A DNA stretch of 64,000 nucleotides from contig CAXGAI010000013.1 of the NCBI GenBank assembly GCA_964007735.1, positions 1 to 64,000 of the forward strand, written 5' to 3'. Origin of the DNA: an uncultured Rhodopirellula sp. (GTDB lineage: Bacteria; Planctomycetota; Planctomycetia; Pirellulales; Pirellulaceae). Under the pieces are notes generated by a model. The model saw only the letters and a program-made list of their open reading frames with translations. It made no database searches and was not told the origin of the DNA. The stretch's first letter is position 1. The number at the start of each line of letters is the position of its first letter. The position numbers and the translations under genes are program-made. Below, in pieces: positions 51,200 through 60,240 of the stretch.

Positions 51200-52126
51200 C
51201 TAAAGAATTGTACGATTCGTGCTACGTTTGTCTTCGACCGTACAGCCACTATGAAGGACACCAGCAATCGCCCGGTCGCGCCAGGGTCCCGGGGCGTCAT
51301 AGAACGAATCATCGAAGAAAATTTGATTCACCATGACCGTTGCCTTATGCAATGGTAACTTATTGACAATGGCTCCATCAGGCCGGACAACAAAGCTGCC
51401 CCATCTGGATGGATAGGCTGTGCTATTGTTTGCTGAAATCCAAAAGTGATTCTCTGCGGCACGACAAGCCATCGTGGAGGGAACAATTGTCTTCCAGATG
51501 TTGTACTCCTGATCTTCAACAACGGTGGTTCGAGCATTATGGAAAGACTGCAATAGTAACTGAACTCCAGCCTGCTTTAGTTCGCGGTACAACTCAGGAA
51601 ATCGATAGTCGTAACAAATCAGAACACCACATTGGAACCCATCCACTTTAAAAGTAGTCATGTGATTTCCAGGAGAATAATGGATCAAATCCAATGTCGG
51701 ATTTTTCCCGTCGATACCCGTGCAAAACCGTTTATCATATCGTTCGACGATGGCACCCTGATCATCAATGACATAAATACAATTGTGGGGCTTATGCTTT
51801 CCTGAGAGCTGATGTGTAGATCCCAACACGACCCACACACCCAAATTCTTTGCCCATTGCATAATGTCACGCGTTGCCGATTTTAGTTGGTCCCAATTCA
51901 ATGATTCGATCGAATCGAACTCAACGCCGGCATAACCGCTTAAAGCACACTCAGAAAAGTGAATAACACGCGCGCCAAGCTCAGCAGCACGCTGCATTTG
52001 CCGAAGAACATAATTCCTGTTGCTGGCAATATCTGCCTCGACTGGAAACTGACAGGTAGCTACAGAAAGACCTGCCGGCTTAGCGGCAGGTCTCTTCATC
52101 ATTTCAGTTTTTTGCCTGGATGCCAT
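51200..52126 (-). CDS. Carbon-nitrogen hydrolase (nitrilase superfamily)
   Basis: FSECALSGY (Glu), YDKR (Lys), ICYDYRFPE (Cys) triad. Confidence 0.9.
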   Translation of the reverse strand: MASRQKTEMMKRPAAKPAGLSVATCQFPVEADIASNRNYVLRQMQRAAELGARVIHFSECALSGYAGVEFDSIESLNWDQLKSATRDIMQWAKNLGVWVVLGSTHQLSGKHKPHNCIYVIDDQGAIVERYDKRFCTGIDGKNPTLDLIHYSPGNHMTTFKVDGFQCGVLICYDYRFPELYRELKQAGVQLLLQSFHNARTTVVEDQEYNIWKTIVPSTMACRAAENHFWISANNSTAYPSRWGSFVVRPDGAIVNKLPLHKATVMVNQIFFDDSFYDAPGPWRDRAIAGVLHSGCTVEDKRSTNRTIL

Positions 52127-52150
52127 TTACCGGCTCTCCTTTAGCGAATA

Positions 52151-54100
52151 CTAAGGACGCGCAAATTTGTAAATACATCGTCCACTGGCTGCCCCGACGG
52201 TGTAATAAACTTCACCATCCGCCCCCAGTCCAAAAGCCATCACGGGAGTGCCCGATGACTTGATTTCTATATTCGAAATGACGTGTTTTTTCTTCACATC
52301 GTATTTCAATGCCCAGATACGACCGGATATGTAATCCGCATAGAGGTAAGCTCCCTGCAATTCAGGAAACTCTTTTCCGCGGTATACATATCCGCCAGTG
52401 ATCGATTTACCAATTTGGTGATCGTATTCAAAAATCGGATCCGTCACTTCCAATTCCGGATCCACCGGAGCATTTCCAAACTGATAACTTCCTTCCCGAG
52501 CACTCCAACCATAGTTTGCACCCTTCTTGAGAATATTAATTTCTTCCCATTGATCCTGACCAACATCACCAATCCAGATCGTACCGGTCTTTGGATCGTT
52601 AGCAATACGCCATGGATTACGGATTCCATACGCATAAATCTCTGGTTGGGCACCTTCCATATCTACAAATGGGTTGTCCTTCGGAATGCTGTAAGGTCGT
52701 GTTCCTGTTGAATTATCCACATCAATTCTAAGAATAGATCCCATCCAGGAACTTAAATCCTGCCCCTGGCCTGTTGGATCGTTTCGGCCACCACCGTCGC
52801 CCATACCGATATATAACAAACCATCATTACCGAAAGTCATCGGTCCGCCATTGTGGTTTGAAAACGGTTGAGGAATCGTCATGATGATCTTCTCACTTGC
52901 AGCTTTACCAACGCCTGATTTCAGATCGACCGTAAAACGCGAAAGATAAGAAACGCGACCATCTTGGAGATTGGATTTATTCGACGAATAATAAACAAAG
53001 ATTTGCCCGTTGTTCTCATAGTCGGGATGGATCGCCATCCCCAACGCACCTTCTTCATTCACATTACCAGCTGCATCATGCGCTTGCACTCGGTCTTGAA
53101 AATCAACAACAACTCTGGCTTCCTTTTCTTTACCTGTCGCGTCAATCGAGTAAATACGACCACGTTGATCCAAGGCAAACAATCGATTCGAGCCATCACC
53201 AGGATGCACTAATTCAACAGGTCGCATGACCTGAATCTTGCCATCTTCATCGACACCTTCAAAGTCTTCCCAGGTCATATCTGGAAATGCTTCCACAGCA
53301 TTCAAAGTGATCTCTTTGTCTGAAATCGATGGAGCTTGACCATCTTTTATCTCACGAATCTTTATATTTCGGTAAGAAACGAGATTACCGTGATCCTGCA
53401 GGCAGATATGTCCCTCACCCATTTTTCCAAAGTTCGGGTATTTCGAAAACTTGCTCTTAGCAACTAAACCATTCCACTCAGGACTACCAACCTTGAAGTA
53501 ATAATAGTGCACACCATTAACCTGTACTTCACAGTTTTTAGGACCAATGCGTAGATAAACTAAGTTCCACTCTCCGGGAGGACGAGTGGCATCGTCCATC
53601 TCCTTCCCCTTGAACCCAACCTGTTCTTCGAACATTGTCGCCCATGCGGGCTTCTTGGGCTTGTATAGCTGATATAACCAACCCGACTTTTGCGGATCAT
53701 GCCCATCAACATTGTCCTGGACCTGAATTTCAGGACCAGTCTGCCATGGAGCGTTATACTCTTCGGTCACATGGAACATAATTCCACTGTTACCGCCTTT
53801 GGAGATGTTGTATTCCAAGAACAACTCGAAGTGCTTGTATTGACCGGTTGTGATGATATCACCCGCACCGCCACCTGCGCGTACCAAGGCACCATCCTTA
53901 ATTTGCCAACCGTCGCTAACACCTTCTTTCTTGTAATTCCGCCAGCCGTCGGTGGATTCACCGTCAAATAGTACTTTCCAACCACTTCGTTTCTCGGCCT
54001 CCGTTAATCCATTAAGTGGGACTTCCGCGGTTACCGTATCCACAATAAAAGAAGTCAGCATCAGGGCACTAACAACAGTCAAAACTTTTAACGATTTCAT
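52151..54100 (-). CDS. Secreted DUF1080 (3-keto-disaccharide hydrolase-like) + glucose/sorbosone dehydrogenase beta-propeller fusion
   Basis: LFDGESTDGW, NSGIMF and GHICLQDHG in the first domain; NHNGG, GDGG, YGIRNPWR, GANYGW and SITGG in the second. Confidence 0.88.
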   Translation of the reverse strand: MKSLKVLTVVSALMLTSFIVDTVTAEVPLNGLTEAEKRSGWKVLFDGESTDGWRNYKKEGVSDGWQIKDGALVRAGGGAGDIITTGQYKHFELFLEYNISKGGNSGIMFHVTEEYNAPWQTGPEIQVQDNVDGHDPQKSGWLYQLYKPKKPAWATMFEEQVGFKGKEMDDATRPPGEWNLVYLRIGPKNCEVQVNGVHYYYFKVGSPEWNGLVAKSKFSKYPNFGKMGEGHICLQDHGNLVSYRNIKIREIKDGQAPSISDKEITLNAVEAFPDMTWEDFEGVDEDGKIQVMRPVELVHPGDGSNRLFALDQRGRIYSIDATGKEKEARVVVDFQDRVQAHDAAGNVNEEGALGMAIHPDYENNGQIFVYYSSNKSNLQDGRVSYLSRFTVDLKSGVGKAASEKIIMTIPQPFSNHNGGPMTFGNDGLLYIGMGDGGGRNDPTGQGQDLSSWMGSILRIDVDNSTGTRPYSIPKDNPFVDMEGAQPEIYAYGIRNPWRIANDPKTGTIWIGDVGQDQWEEINILKKGANYGWSAREGSYQFGNAPVDPELEVTDPIFEYDHQIGKSITGGYVYRGKEFPELQGAYLYADYISGRIWALKYDVKKKHVISNIEIKSSGTPVMAFGLGADGEVYYTVGAASGRCIYKFARP

Positions 54101-54173
54101 AGATCTGATTCTCTAATTAAAAATGAGCCAATATCCTGTTGCCCGATTCTATCACACAAATCAGGCCGATTGG

Positions 54174-54641
54174 TTATTCACCAGCGACGGCAGCCAACAC
54201 TTCCTGAGGATGAGCGCCGGCGTCCGCAATCTTGCTCCAGTGTCTTAGCACCACACCTTCACTATCAATCAAAACGGCTGAACGAATAACTCCCATCGTT
54301 TTCTTACCGAAACGTACGCGTTCTCCCCACGCGTTGTAATCTGTTAACATCACCTTCTCTTCATCACAGAGCAATGTGAACGGAAGATCATATTTGCATA
54401 TGAAGTCATTGTGGGACTCAGCGCCGTCCGGGCTGACACCAATCACGACTGTATTTAACGCTTCAAACTTTGGATTCAAATCACGGAACCCCTGAGCTTG
54501 CTTCGTTCATCCGGGGGTATCGTCTTTGGGATAGAAGTACAAGACAACATTTTTACCTTGCAGGTCATCCAGCGAAACTTGATTCCCGTCCTGATCCGGC
54601 AAACTAAATCCCGGAGCTACCTGACCAACTGTGACTGCCAT
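54174..54641 (-). CDS. bcp: Probable selenoprotein: BCP/PrxQ peroxiredoxin with Sec at the peroxidatic site, 155 aa
   Basis: ATG 54641 (GAGG RBS) reads [44 protein letters not shown][TGA 54509-54507]-TKQAQGFRD in frame with track ORF 54174-54479. The canonical motif is YFYPKDxTPGCT. Confidence 0.88.
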
Positions 54642-54684
54642 TTAATTTTCCTCGTTTCTTTTTTCTGAACTGAATATTATCAAT

Positions 54685-55350
54685 TTATAGTTTTTCAGAG
54701 AGGATCCCAGCCGATTCCAAATAAGCAATCACCTGGTCCGCTAAAACCTCGGGGGGTTGCTCATCTGATTTAAGGTGAACCTCAGGAGTCTCTGGAGGTT
54801 CATAAGGATCATCAATACCCGTCATTCCTTTAATCTCACCCGCACGAGCTTTTTCATAGAGACCTTTTGGATCGCGGGATTCACAAACTTCCAACGGTGC
54901 ATCAACAAAAACTTCGACGAAATCACCGTCGCGGGATGCTTCAATCCGTGCACGCACATTGGTTCGATCTTCACGATAAGGGCTAACGAAAGCAACCAGC
55001 GTTATCAGGCCCGCTGCAGCAAACAACTCGGTTACCGCACCCACTCGACGGATGTTCTCTTTACGGTCTTCTGCTGAAAATCCGAGGCCGAATCGTTGAG
55101 CATACCCTTCACCCAACGGCGCCAATAACTGTGGACTGGCATTTAAGCCATGTCGTACATTGTCACCATCTAAAACAAAGGTATGCACACCGCGGGCATG
55201 GAGTTTCTGATCAACCAGGTTAGCGACAGTACTCTTGCCGCAACCACTCAACCCTGTAAACCAAACGACACATCCTCGATGTCCGTTTAAGCTCTCACGG
55301 TTTTCGCGTGTAATCGCATGGTCATGCCAGGTAATATGTGTTTCTTCCAT
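54685..55350 (-). CDS. cysC: Adenylyl-sulfate kinase
   Basis: [42 protein letters not shown]; likely start ATG 55350. Confidence 0.93.
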   Translation of the reverse strand: MEETHITWHDHAITRENRESLNGHRGCVVWFTGLSGCGKSTVANLVDQKLHARGVHTFVLDGDNVRHGLNASPQLLAPLGEGYAQRFGLGFSAEDRKENIRRVGAVTELFAAAGLITLVAFVSPYREDRTNVRARIEASRDGDFVEVFVDAPLEVCESRDPKGLYEKARAGEIKGMTGIDDPYEPPETPEVHLKSDEQPPEVLADQVIAYLESAGILSEKL

Positions 55351-55355
55351 CTCTT

Positions 55356-56465
55356 TTACTCCGCCGCAATACCGGCTAATTGGCACATCTGAGCATTGAC
55401 AACTGGTTGTGGACAACTCCAAACCATGAAAAACAATGCTTCACGACACCATCGACCGACAGGATGTCCGCTAACAAACCCCATACCTTTGGCGGCTGAA
55501 AGAGCTGCCTGAGTTGATCGGAGGACCAAACTATTGCAATGCTGACGTAATTGCTCGGTCCCACAGGTTTCATTGCCTGCTGCAGAATGTAGTAATATCT
55601 CCCTCAATGACTCACATTCTTCTTTTAGTGCTTCGGCGGGCGGCAATAAGTCCGGGCGTTTTTCACCTTCACTAAAAATGAAATCAATCGCTGCCCCTGC
55701 CAAACCAATCGCTAAAGTTGACGTTTGCAATCCGCCGGTGCGAGCCCCAATCCCTTGAGCCATAACGTTTTCGACAGGCCCTGCCAATAACCACTTGCGA
55801 TCAACCTGAACATTCACCAACGAAATTTTACCGGTATGGCTTCCTGACAGGGCGACTAAGTTGGCCGGGGACTCAGCATGCACTCCGGAAATATCCGTAG
55901 GTACCACCGTCAATATCTGACGACCATCCTCCAGTTCCGCTCCAACGACAATCGTATCCGCATGAACTCCACCAGTTACCCAAGGGCTGAATCCATTAAG
56001 CAGGAATCCTGACTCGGTCTCTTCAGCTCTTAATACTGCCTGTGCTAAGTGACGACGACTTGTCGTGAGATGAGAAATCCCTACTGTCGAAAATTGCGTT
56101 CCATCCAATAGAGCGGGAATCAACGCATCGCGAGCGAAATCGTTTCCACTCAAAGCAATTCGGCGACAAGCCCCCGTGCGTTGAGTGATAACAAAGGTTG
56201 TCGTTTGACAGGCAGCACTCAGAGCAAGATAGCCAAGCGTCAAATCATAATCGCTCCACCCCAGACCACCGTACTCAGGTTCCAGAAACCACCGGAAAAC
56301 TCCGTATTGAGCACACAGTTCCAACTGTTTATGAGGCCACGGATAAACTCCATTCGCATTCTGGAAATCGAGACCGACAGACAGTTCATGCAACTGTTTA
56401 CACAGTTCGCTTAAAGCAGGATCTTCAGGAGATCGAATTTCCACTGGCTCATTGTTGTCTGTCAT
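55356..56465 (-). CDS. Acyl-CoA dehydrogenase family flavoprotein
   Basis: [43 protein letters not shown]. Confidence 0.8.
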   Translation of the reverse strand: MTDNNEPVEIRSPEDPALSELCKQLHELSVGLDFQNANGVYPWPHKQLELCAQYGVFRWFLEPEYGGLGWSDYDLTLGYLALSAACQTTTFVITQRTGACRRIALSGNDFARDALIPALLDGTQFSTVGISHLTTSRRHLAQAVLRAEETESGFLLNGFSPWVTGGVHADTIVVGAELEDGRQILTVVPTDISGVHAESPANLVALSGSHTGKISLVNVQVDRKWLLAGPVENVMAQGIGARTGGLQTSTLAIGLAGAAIDFIFSEGEKRPDLLPPAEALKEECESLREILLHSAAGNETCGTEQLRQHCNSLVLRSTQAALSAAKGMGFVSGHPVGRWCREALFFMVWSCPQPVVNAQMCQLAGIAAE

Positions 56466-56509
56466 AACGCCATTATAGAATGGGTATGCTTCTCTTGCGA
56501 TAGGCTGTT

Positions 56510-57271
56510 TTATAGACGTAATCGCTTAAAGATTCGTTCTGGAACACTTCGAATAATAAGCATGATGTATCGCCAAAACCATCTTGAGTAAATGACGTCT
56601 TTACGTTTTTTAATTCCACGAACGATGTCTCGAGCCACTTGTTTAGGTGTCGCTACTAACGGACTCTTGGGATCAACGATCCCCACTGTCATCGCGGTGG
56701 CGACAAACCCTGGCTTGACAGTCATCACATGCACGCCACTATGTTGACCTCGATTCCTGAGACCCTGCAAATAAACGGTGAGCCCACCTTTGGCAGCACC
56801 ATAAAGATAATTGCTCTGCCGACCTCGGTCTCCAGCCACAGAAGAAATGATCGCCAGGAAGCCATCCTGCTGATCTTCCAGCCGCTGCATCAATGGTTCA
56901 AGCACTGATACACAGGAAGTAAAATTAATATCCAGTGTCTTACGAGCAAGGTCCCAGTCACGTTCTGCCTGAATCTGCACAGGAAGGAAACCATGACAAA
57001 TCACCGCTCCAGATATCTTCTCCGTTTTTTCAAAGCATTTGCTGATGAACGTTGCATGCTCGTTCGAGTTAAGTGCTTCAAACATGAGTGTCGAAACGTC
57101 GCATTCATATCGAATGACGATATCCTGAGCGATCGCATCCAATTCAGTCATATCCCGACCAGCCAGAATTAAATTGTACTGACAGGCCAATTCCATCGCC
57201 GTCGCACGAGCAATATCGGAAGTGGCCCCGACTACAATCACCGTCTCTTTATGTTTACTCATCGGATTCAA
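56510..57271 (-). CDS. SDR oxidoreductase, DprE2-like
   Basis: VGATSDIA, SSVAGDRGRQSNYLYGAAK, TVKPGFV, IFKRL C-terminus. Confidence 0.8.
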   Translation of the reverse strand: MNPMSKHKETVIVVGATSDIARATAMELACQYNLILAGRDMTELDAIAQDIVIRYECDVSTLMFEALNSNEHATFISKCFEKTEKISGAVICHGFLPVQIQAERDWDLARKTLDINFTSCVSVLEPLMQRLEDQQDGFLAIISSVAGDRGRQSNYLYGAAKGGLTVYLQGLRNRGQHSGVHVMTVKPGFVATAMTVGIVDPKSPLVATPKQVARDIVRGIKKRKDVIYSRWFWRYIMLIIRSVPERIFKRLRL

Positions 57272-58313
57272 CCAATTCGACTATCTTTCCTAGTTCCTGT
57301 ACCAACAATTCTTGTCCGGCTAAGGGCTCCATTCCAACAGACAAAGCCCATAAAGGCAGGCTGCCTAATCGATCTACTTGTATCTTTACCAAATCCTTCA
57401 TCGTGCAAATGATAGCCTCGGCTGCGACTGCATGCGTTCTGGCAGCAATCGTCTCTATATCATTGCGATTAAAATGATGATGATCTTCAAACTCAATGTG
57501 CGCCGCTACCTCCACCCCTTGTTCCTCAAGCAGCTTCAAAAAGGCCGATGGATTGCCAATCCCGGAAAAAGCGAGCACTCGTTTACCCACCAAACTACTA
57601 AGATCTAGTGTTTCTCCCGAGTAATTCTCAAAGCCTTCCACATGATGAACGAACTCAATAATCGCTACTTCCGGATTATATTTTTCAACGGTTTGTCGGA
57701 TTGATTGGACCTCGATTGGTGTAACTTGATCGACGCGAGTAATAATCACTAGACCGGCGCGTTTTAATGACGATAACGGTTCACGTAACAGGCCGGCAGG
57801 TAATAGACGCCGGTAGCCAAACGGACAGGTGGCATCTATCAAAACAACATCCAGGTCCCTGGCGAGAAATCGATGTTGAAACCCATCATCAAGAAGCAGA
57901 ATTTGCGCCTCAAATTCTTCAATAGCCATCGCCGCGGAGTCAACGCGACAGGGATTCTGAAGATGTGGCACATCCGGCAGCCGGCGTTCTAATTCCAGTG
58001 CTTCGTCATTCTTACTTCCATGTTCCGCCTTGTATCCACGACTCAGCAACGTCACGCGAACTCCGCAGTCTCGCAACCACCGTGCAATATATTGCACCAT
58101 CGGCGTCTTGCCGGTTCCACCCGTCGTTAAATTGCCAATACTGATAACCGGCACACTAACGCGGGTAACAGAATGTCGGTTTTCAAAACGATAATTGCGC
58201 CATCCGACAATCAGTCGGTAAGGTACCGACAACAACCACAACAAAAACAGTGGCGGCCAAATTAGCGGAGATTTAGTAGTCCGATTTATTATTTTGAAAT
58301 AAGCGGCCATCAT
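57255..58313 (-). CDS. lpxK: Tetraacyldisaccharide 4'-kinase
   Basis: PVISIGNLTTGGTGKTP, LSRGY, LDDGFQH, LLPAGLLREP, GIGNP, FEDHH. Confidence 0.95.
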   Translation of the reverse strand: MMAAYFKIINRTTKSPLIWPPLFLLWLLSVPYRLIVGWRNYRFENRHSVTRVSVPVISIGNLTTGGTGKTPMVQYIARWLRDCGVRVTLLSRGYKAEHGSKNDEALELERRLPDVPHLQNPCRVDSAAMAIEEFEAQILLLDDGFQHRFLARDLDVVLIDATCPFGYRRLLPAGLLREPLSSLKRAGLVIITRVDQVTPIEVQSIRQTVEKYNPEVAIIEFVHHVEGFENYSGETLDLSSLVGKRVLAFSGIGNPSAFLKLLEEQGVEVAAHIEFEDHHHFNRNDIETIAARTHAVAAEAIICTMKDLVKIQVDRLGSLPLWALSVGMEPLAGQELLVQELGKIVELVESDE

Positions 58314-58331
58314 CGTGATTACCCGGGTGAC

Positions 58332-59882
58332 TTAGAGTTGAGCTCCTAAAGTCCACGGTACGAACTCTTCATCACCGATACCATGGATTTCACTTTTGGT
58401 TTTCTTTCCACTGGCAACTTCGATAATCTCTTCGTAGATATCCCTGCCCAGTTCCTGCACAGTCTTTCCTGTCAGTACTGTGCCAGCGTTAATATCCATG
58501 TCCTCGACCATACGTTCATACATTGGAGTATTGGTGGCAACTTTAATGGATGGGGTAGGTTTGCATCCAAAGCAACTCCCGCGTCCAGTCGTAAATACAA
58601 CAACATTTGCACCCCCAGCAACCATACCGGTCACACTAGGAGGATCGAAGCCTGGTGTATCCATCAGTACAAAACCACGCTTATCCACTGGTTCAGCATA
58701 TTCGTAGACCGCCTCCAAAACCGTAGAGCCACCTTTGGCCACAGCCCCTAATGATTTTTCAGCGATGGTCGTTAATCCACCTTCTTTATTACCTGCTGAT
58801 GGGTTGTTATTTATCGACTCACCCCAAATATCGGCATACCATTCCCACCAACGAATTCGTTCCAGAAGCTTGTCCGCGACTTCAACCGAACGTGAACGAG
58901 CGGTAAGTAAATGTTCAGCTCCATACACCTCTGGCATCTCTGACAACATGGCGGTACCGCCGCTGGCAACCAGTAAATCGCTGGCAACACCCACGGCTGG
59001 ATTAGCTGTCACTCCTGAATTTCCATCCGAGCCACCGCACTCAAGGCCAACCACTAATTCACTTACAGGTATTGGCTCACGTTTCACATCGTTGGCGGCT
59101 GGAAGCAACTTCGCGATCTGTTGAATACCAAGTTCCACGGTTGCCATCGTCCCACCATGATCCTGCATACTCAGAACTGGTGGCAATTTTGGTCCGACAG
59201 AGTTTGTCACACCGTCAATCTGTACAAGACGTTGGCTCTCAACCAGATAGCCAATCGTATTTTGTTCACAACCAAGTCCAACGATGAGATAACCACCGAT
59301 ATTGGGATGACGAGCAATGCCGCCCAACACCCGGTTTAACATCTCGTGTTTGAGTCCTCCGAATTCCATCCCACACCCCTCACCATGAGCAAAGGGAACA
59401 ATACCATCAACATTGGGATAGTCTTTAAGAATACTCTGATCGAAATGCCGGGCAATGTACTTGGCCACCGAGGCTGAACAGTTTACCGACGAGAGAACGC
59501 CAATATAGTTTCGTGTTCCCGCAGTATCATTGGGCCGCTTGTAGCCCATAAAAGTCCGATCCGTAATGGGTGGTAAAGGCTCCGGATGATTTGTCGCTTT
59601 TTCGTATTCGGTTTCGGGAGCGACATGTTTTACGTTATGAACATGAACCCATTCACCTGGTGTCACCCGGTTCGTTGCGAGCCCAATCGGTTGACCATAC
59701 TTATAGACAGGTGTCTCAGATTCAATCTCACGAATCGCAATTTTGTGCCCTATCCTAATGTCCTCCTGAAGCTCGAACTGCTGGCCTTCAACCTCTAAGT
59801 TCGTCCCTTTGGGAAGATTTCTGGTGGCGACACAAATATTGTCGTTTCCATCGAGATAAATAAAATCTACTTTTTCTGACAC
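58332..59882 (-). CDS. uxaA: Altronate/galactarate dehydratase (UxaA/GarD family) with SAF domain
   Basis: GHKIA, VHVHN, GTRNY, ECGGSD, NNPSAGNKEGGLTTIAEKSLG, FTTGRG. Confidence 0.88.
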   Translation of the reverse strand: MSEKVDFIYLDGNDNICVATRNLPKGTNLEVEGQQFELQEDIRIGHKIAIREIESETPVYKYGQPIGLATNRVTPGEWVHVHNVKHVAPETEYEKATNHPEPLPPITDRTFMGYKRPNDTAGTRNYIGVLSSVNCSASVAKYIARHFDQSILKDYPNVDGIVPFAHGEGCGMEFGGLKHEMLNRVLGGIARHPNIGGYLIVGLGCEQNTIGYLVESQRLVQIDGVTNSVGPKLPPVLSMQDHGGTMATVELGIQQIAKLLPAANDVKREPIPVSELVVGLECGGSDGNSGVTANPAVGVASDLLVASGGTAMLSEMPEVYGAEHLLTARSRSVEVADKLLERIRWWEWYADIWGESINNNPSAGNKEGGLTTIAEKSLGAVAKGGSTVLEAVYEYAEPVDKRGFVLMDTPGFDPPSVTGMVAGGANVVVFTTGRGSCFGCKPTPSIKVATNTPMYERMVEDMDINAGTVLTGKTVQELGRDIYEEIIEVASGKKTKSEIHGIGDEEFVPWTLGAQL

Positions 59883-60169
59883 GGCGAATTACCTAAAGGT
59901 TGCGGCGATTGAAATGAAATCGCAATGAGGAGTCTTTAAGCACCGATTTCCAGAGGCTGGTTGAGCCCGGCGAAGGTATTTTCCACCAATCGAAACTGTG
60001 ATTACCACAATTGGCTCGGAGAATGACCCGTATTGAAACCGATAAATGTAAGGTAGTGCTTACCTTTTATTCTACTGTAGACTCTTTGTGAATTCAGGGT
60101 AATAGCACTACTCGGAGCCATTGCCCCCATTTAAGTTGCCTCTTGTCTCAAAGAACTTTTAAAATCAAT

Positions 60170-60197
60170 GGAACTTTGACGCAAAACAGACGTCTAT
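60170..60197 (+). promoter_or_regulatory. Possible ECF-sigma promoter
   Basis: GGAACTT-N16-TCTAT, ~45 nt upstream of ATG 60241. Confidence 0.35.
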
Positions 60198-60240
60198 AAT
60201 AATAAGCAGAAGTACTTTTTAAGTTTTAGCGAACAGCATC

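Noticed and set aside
60176..60200. Sigma70 promoter TTGACG...TATAAT
   Set aside because: The spacer is only 13 nt.
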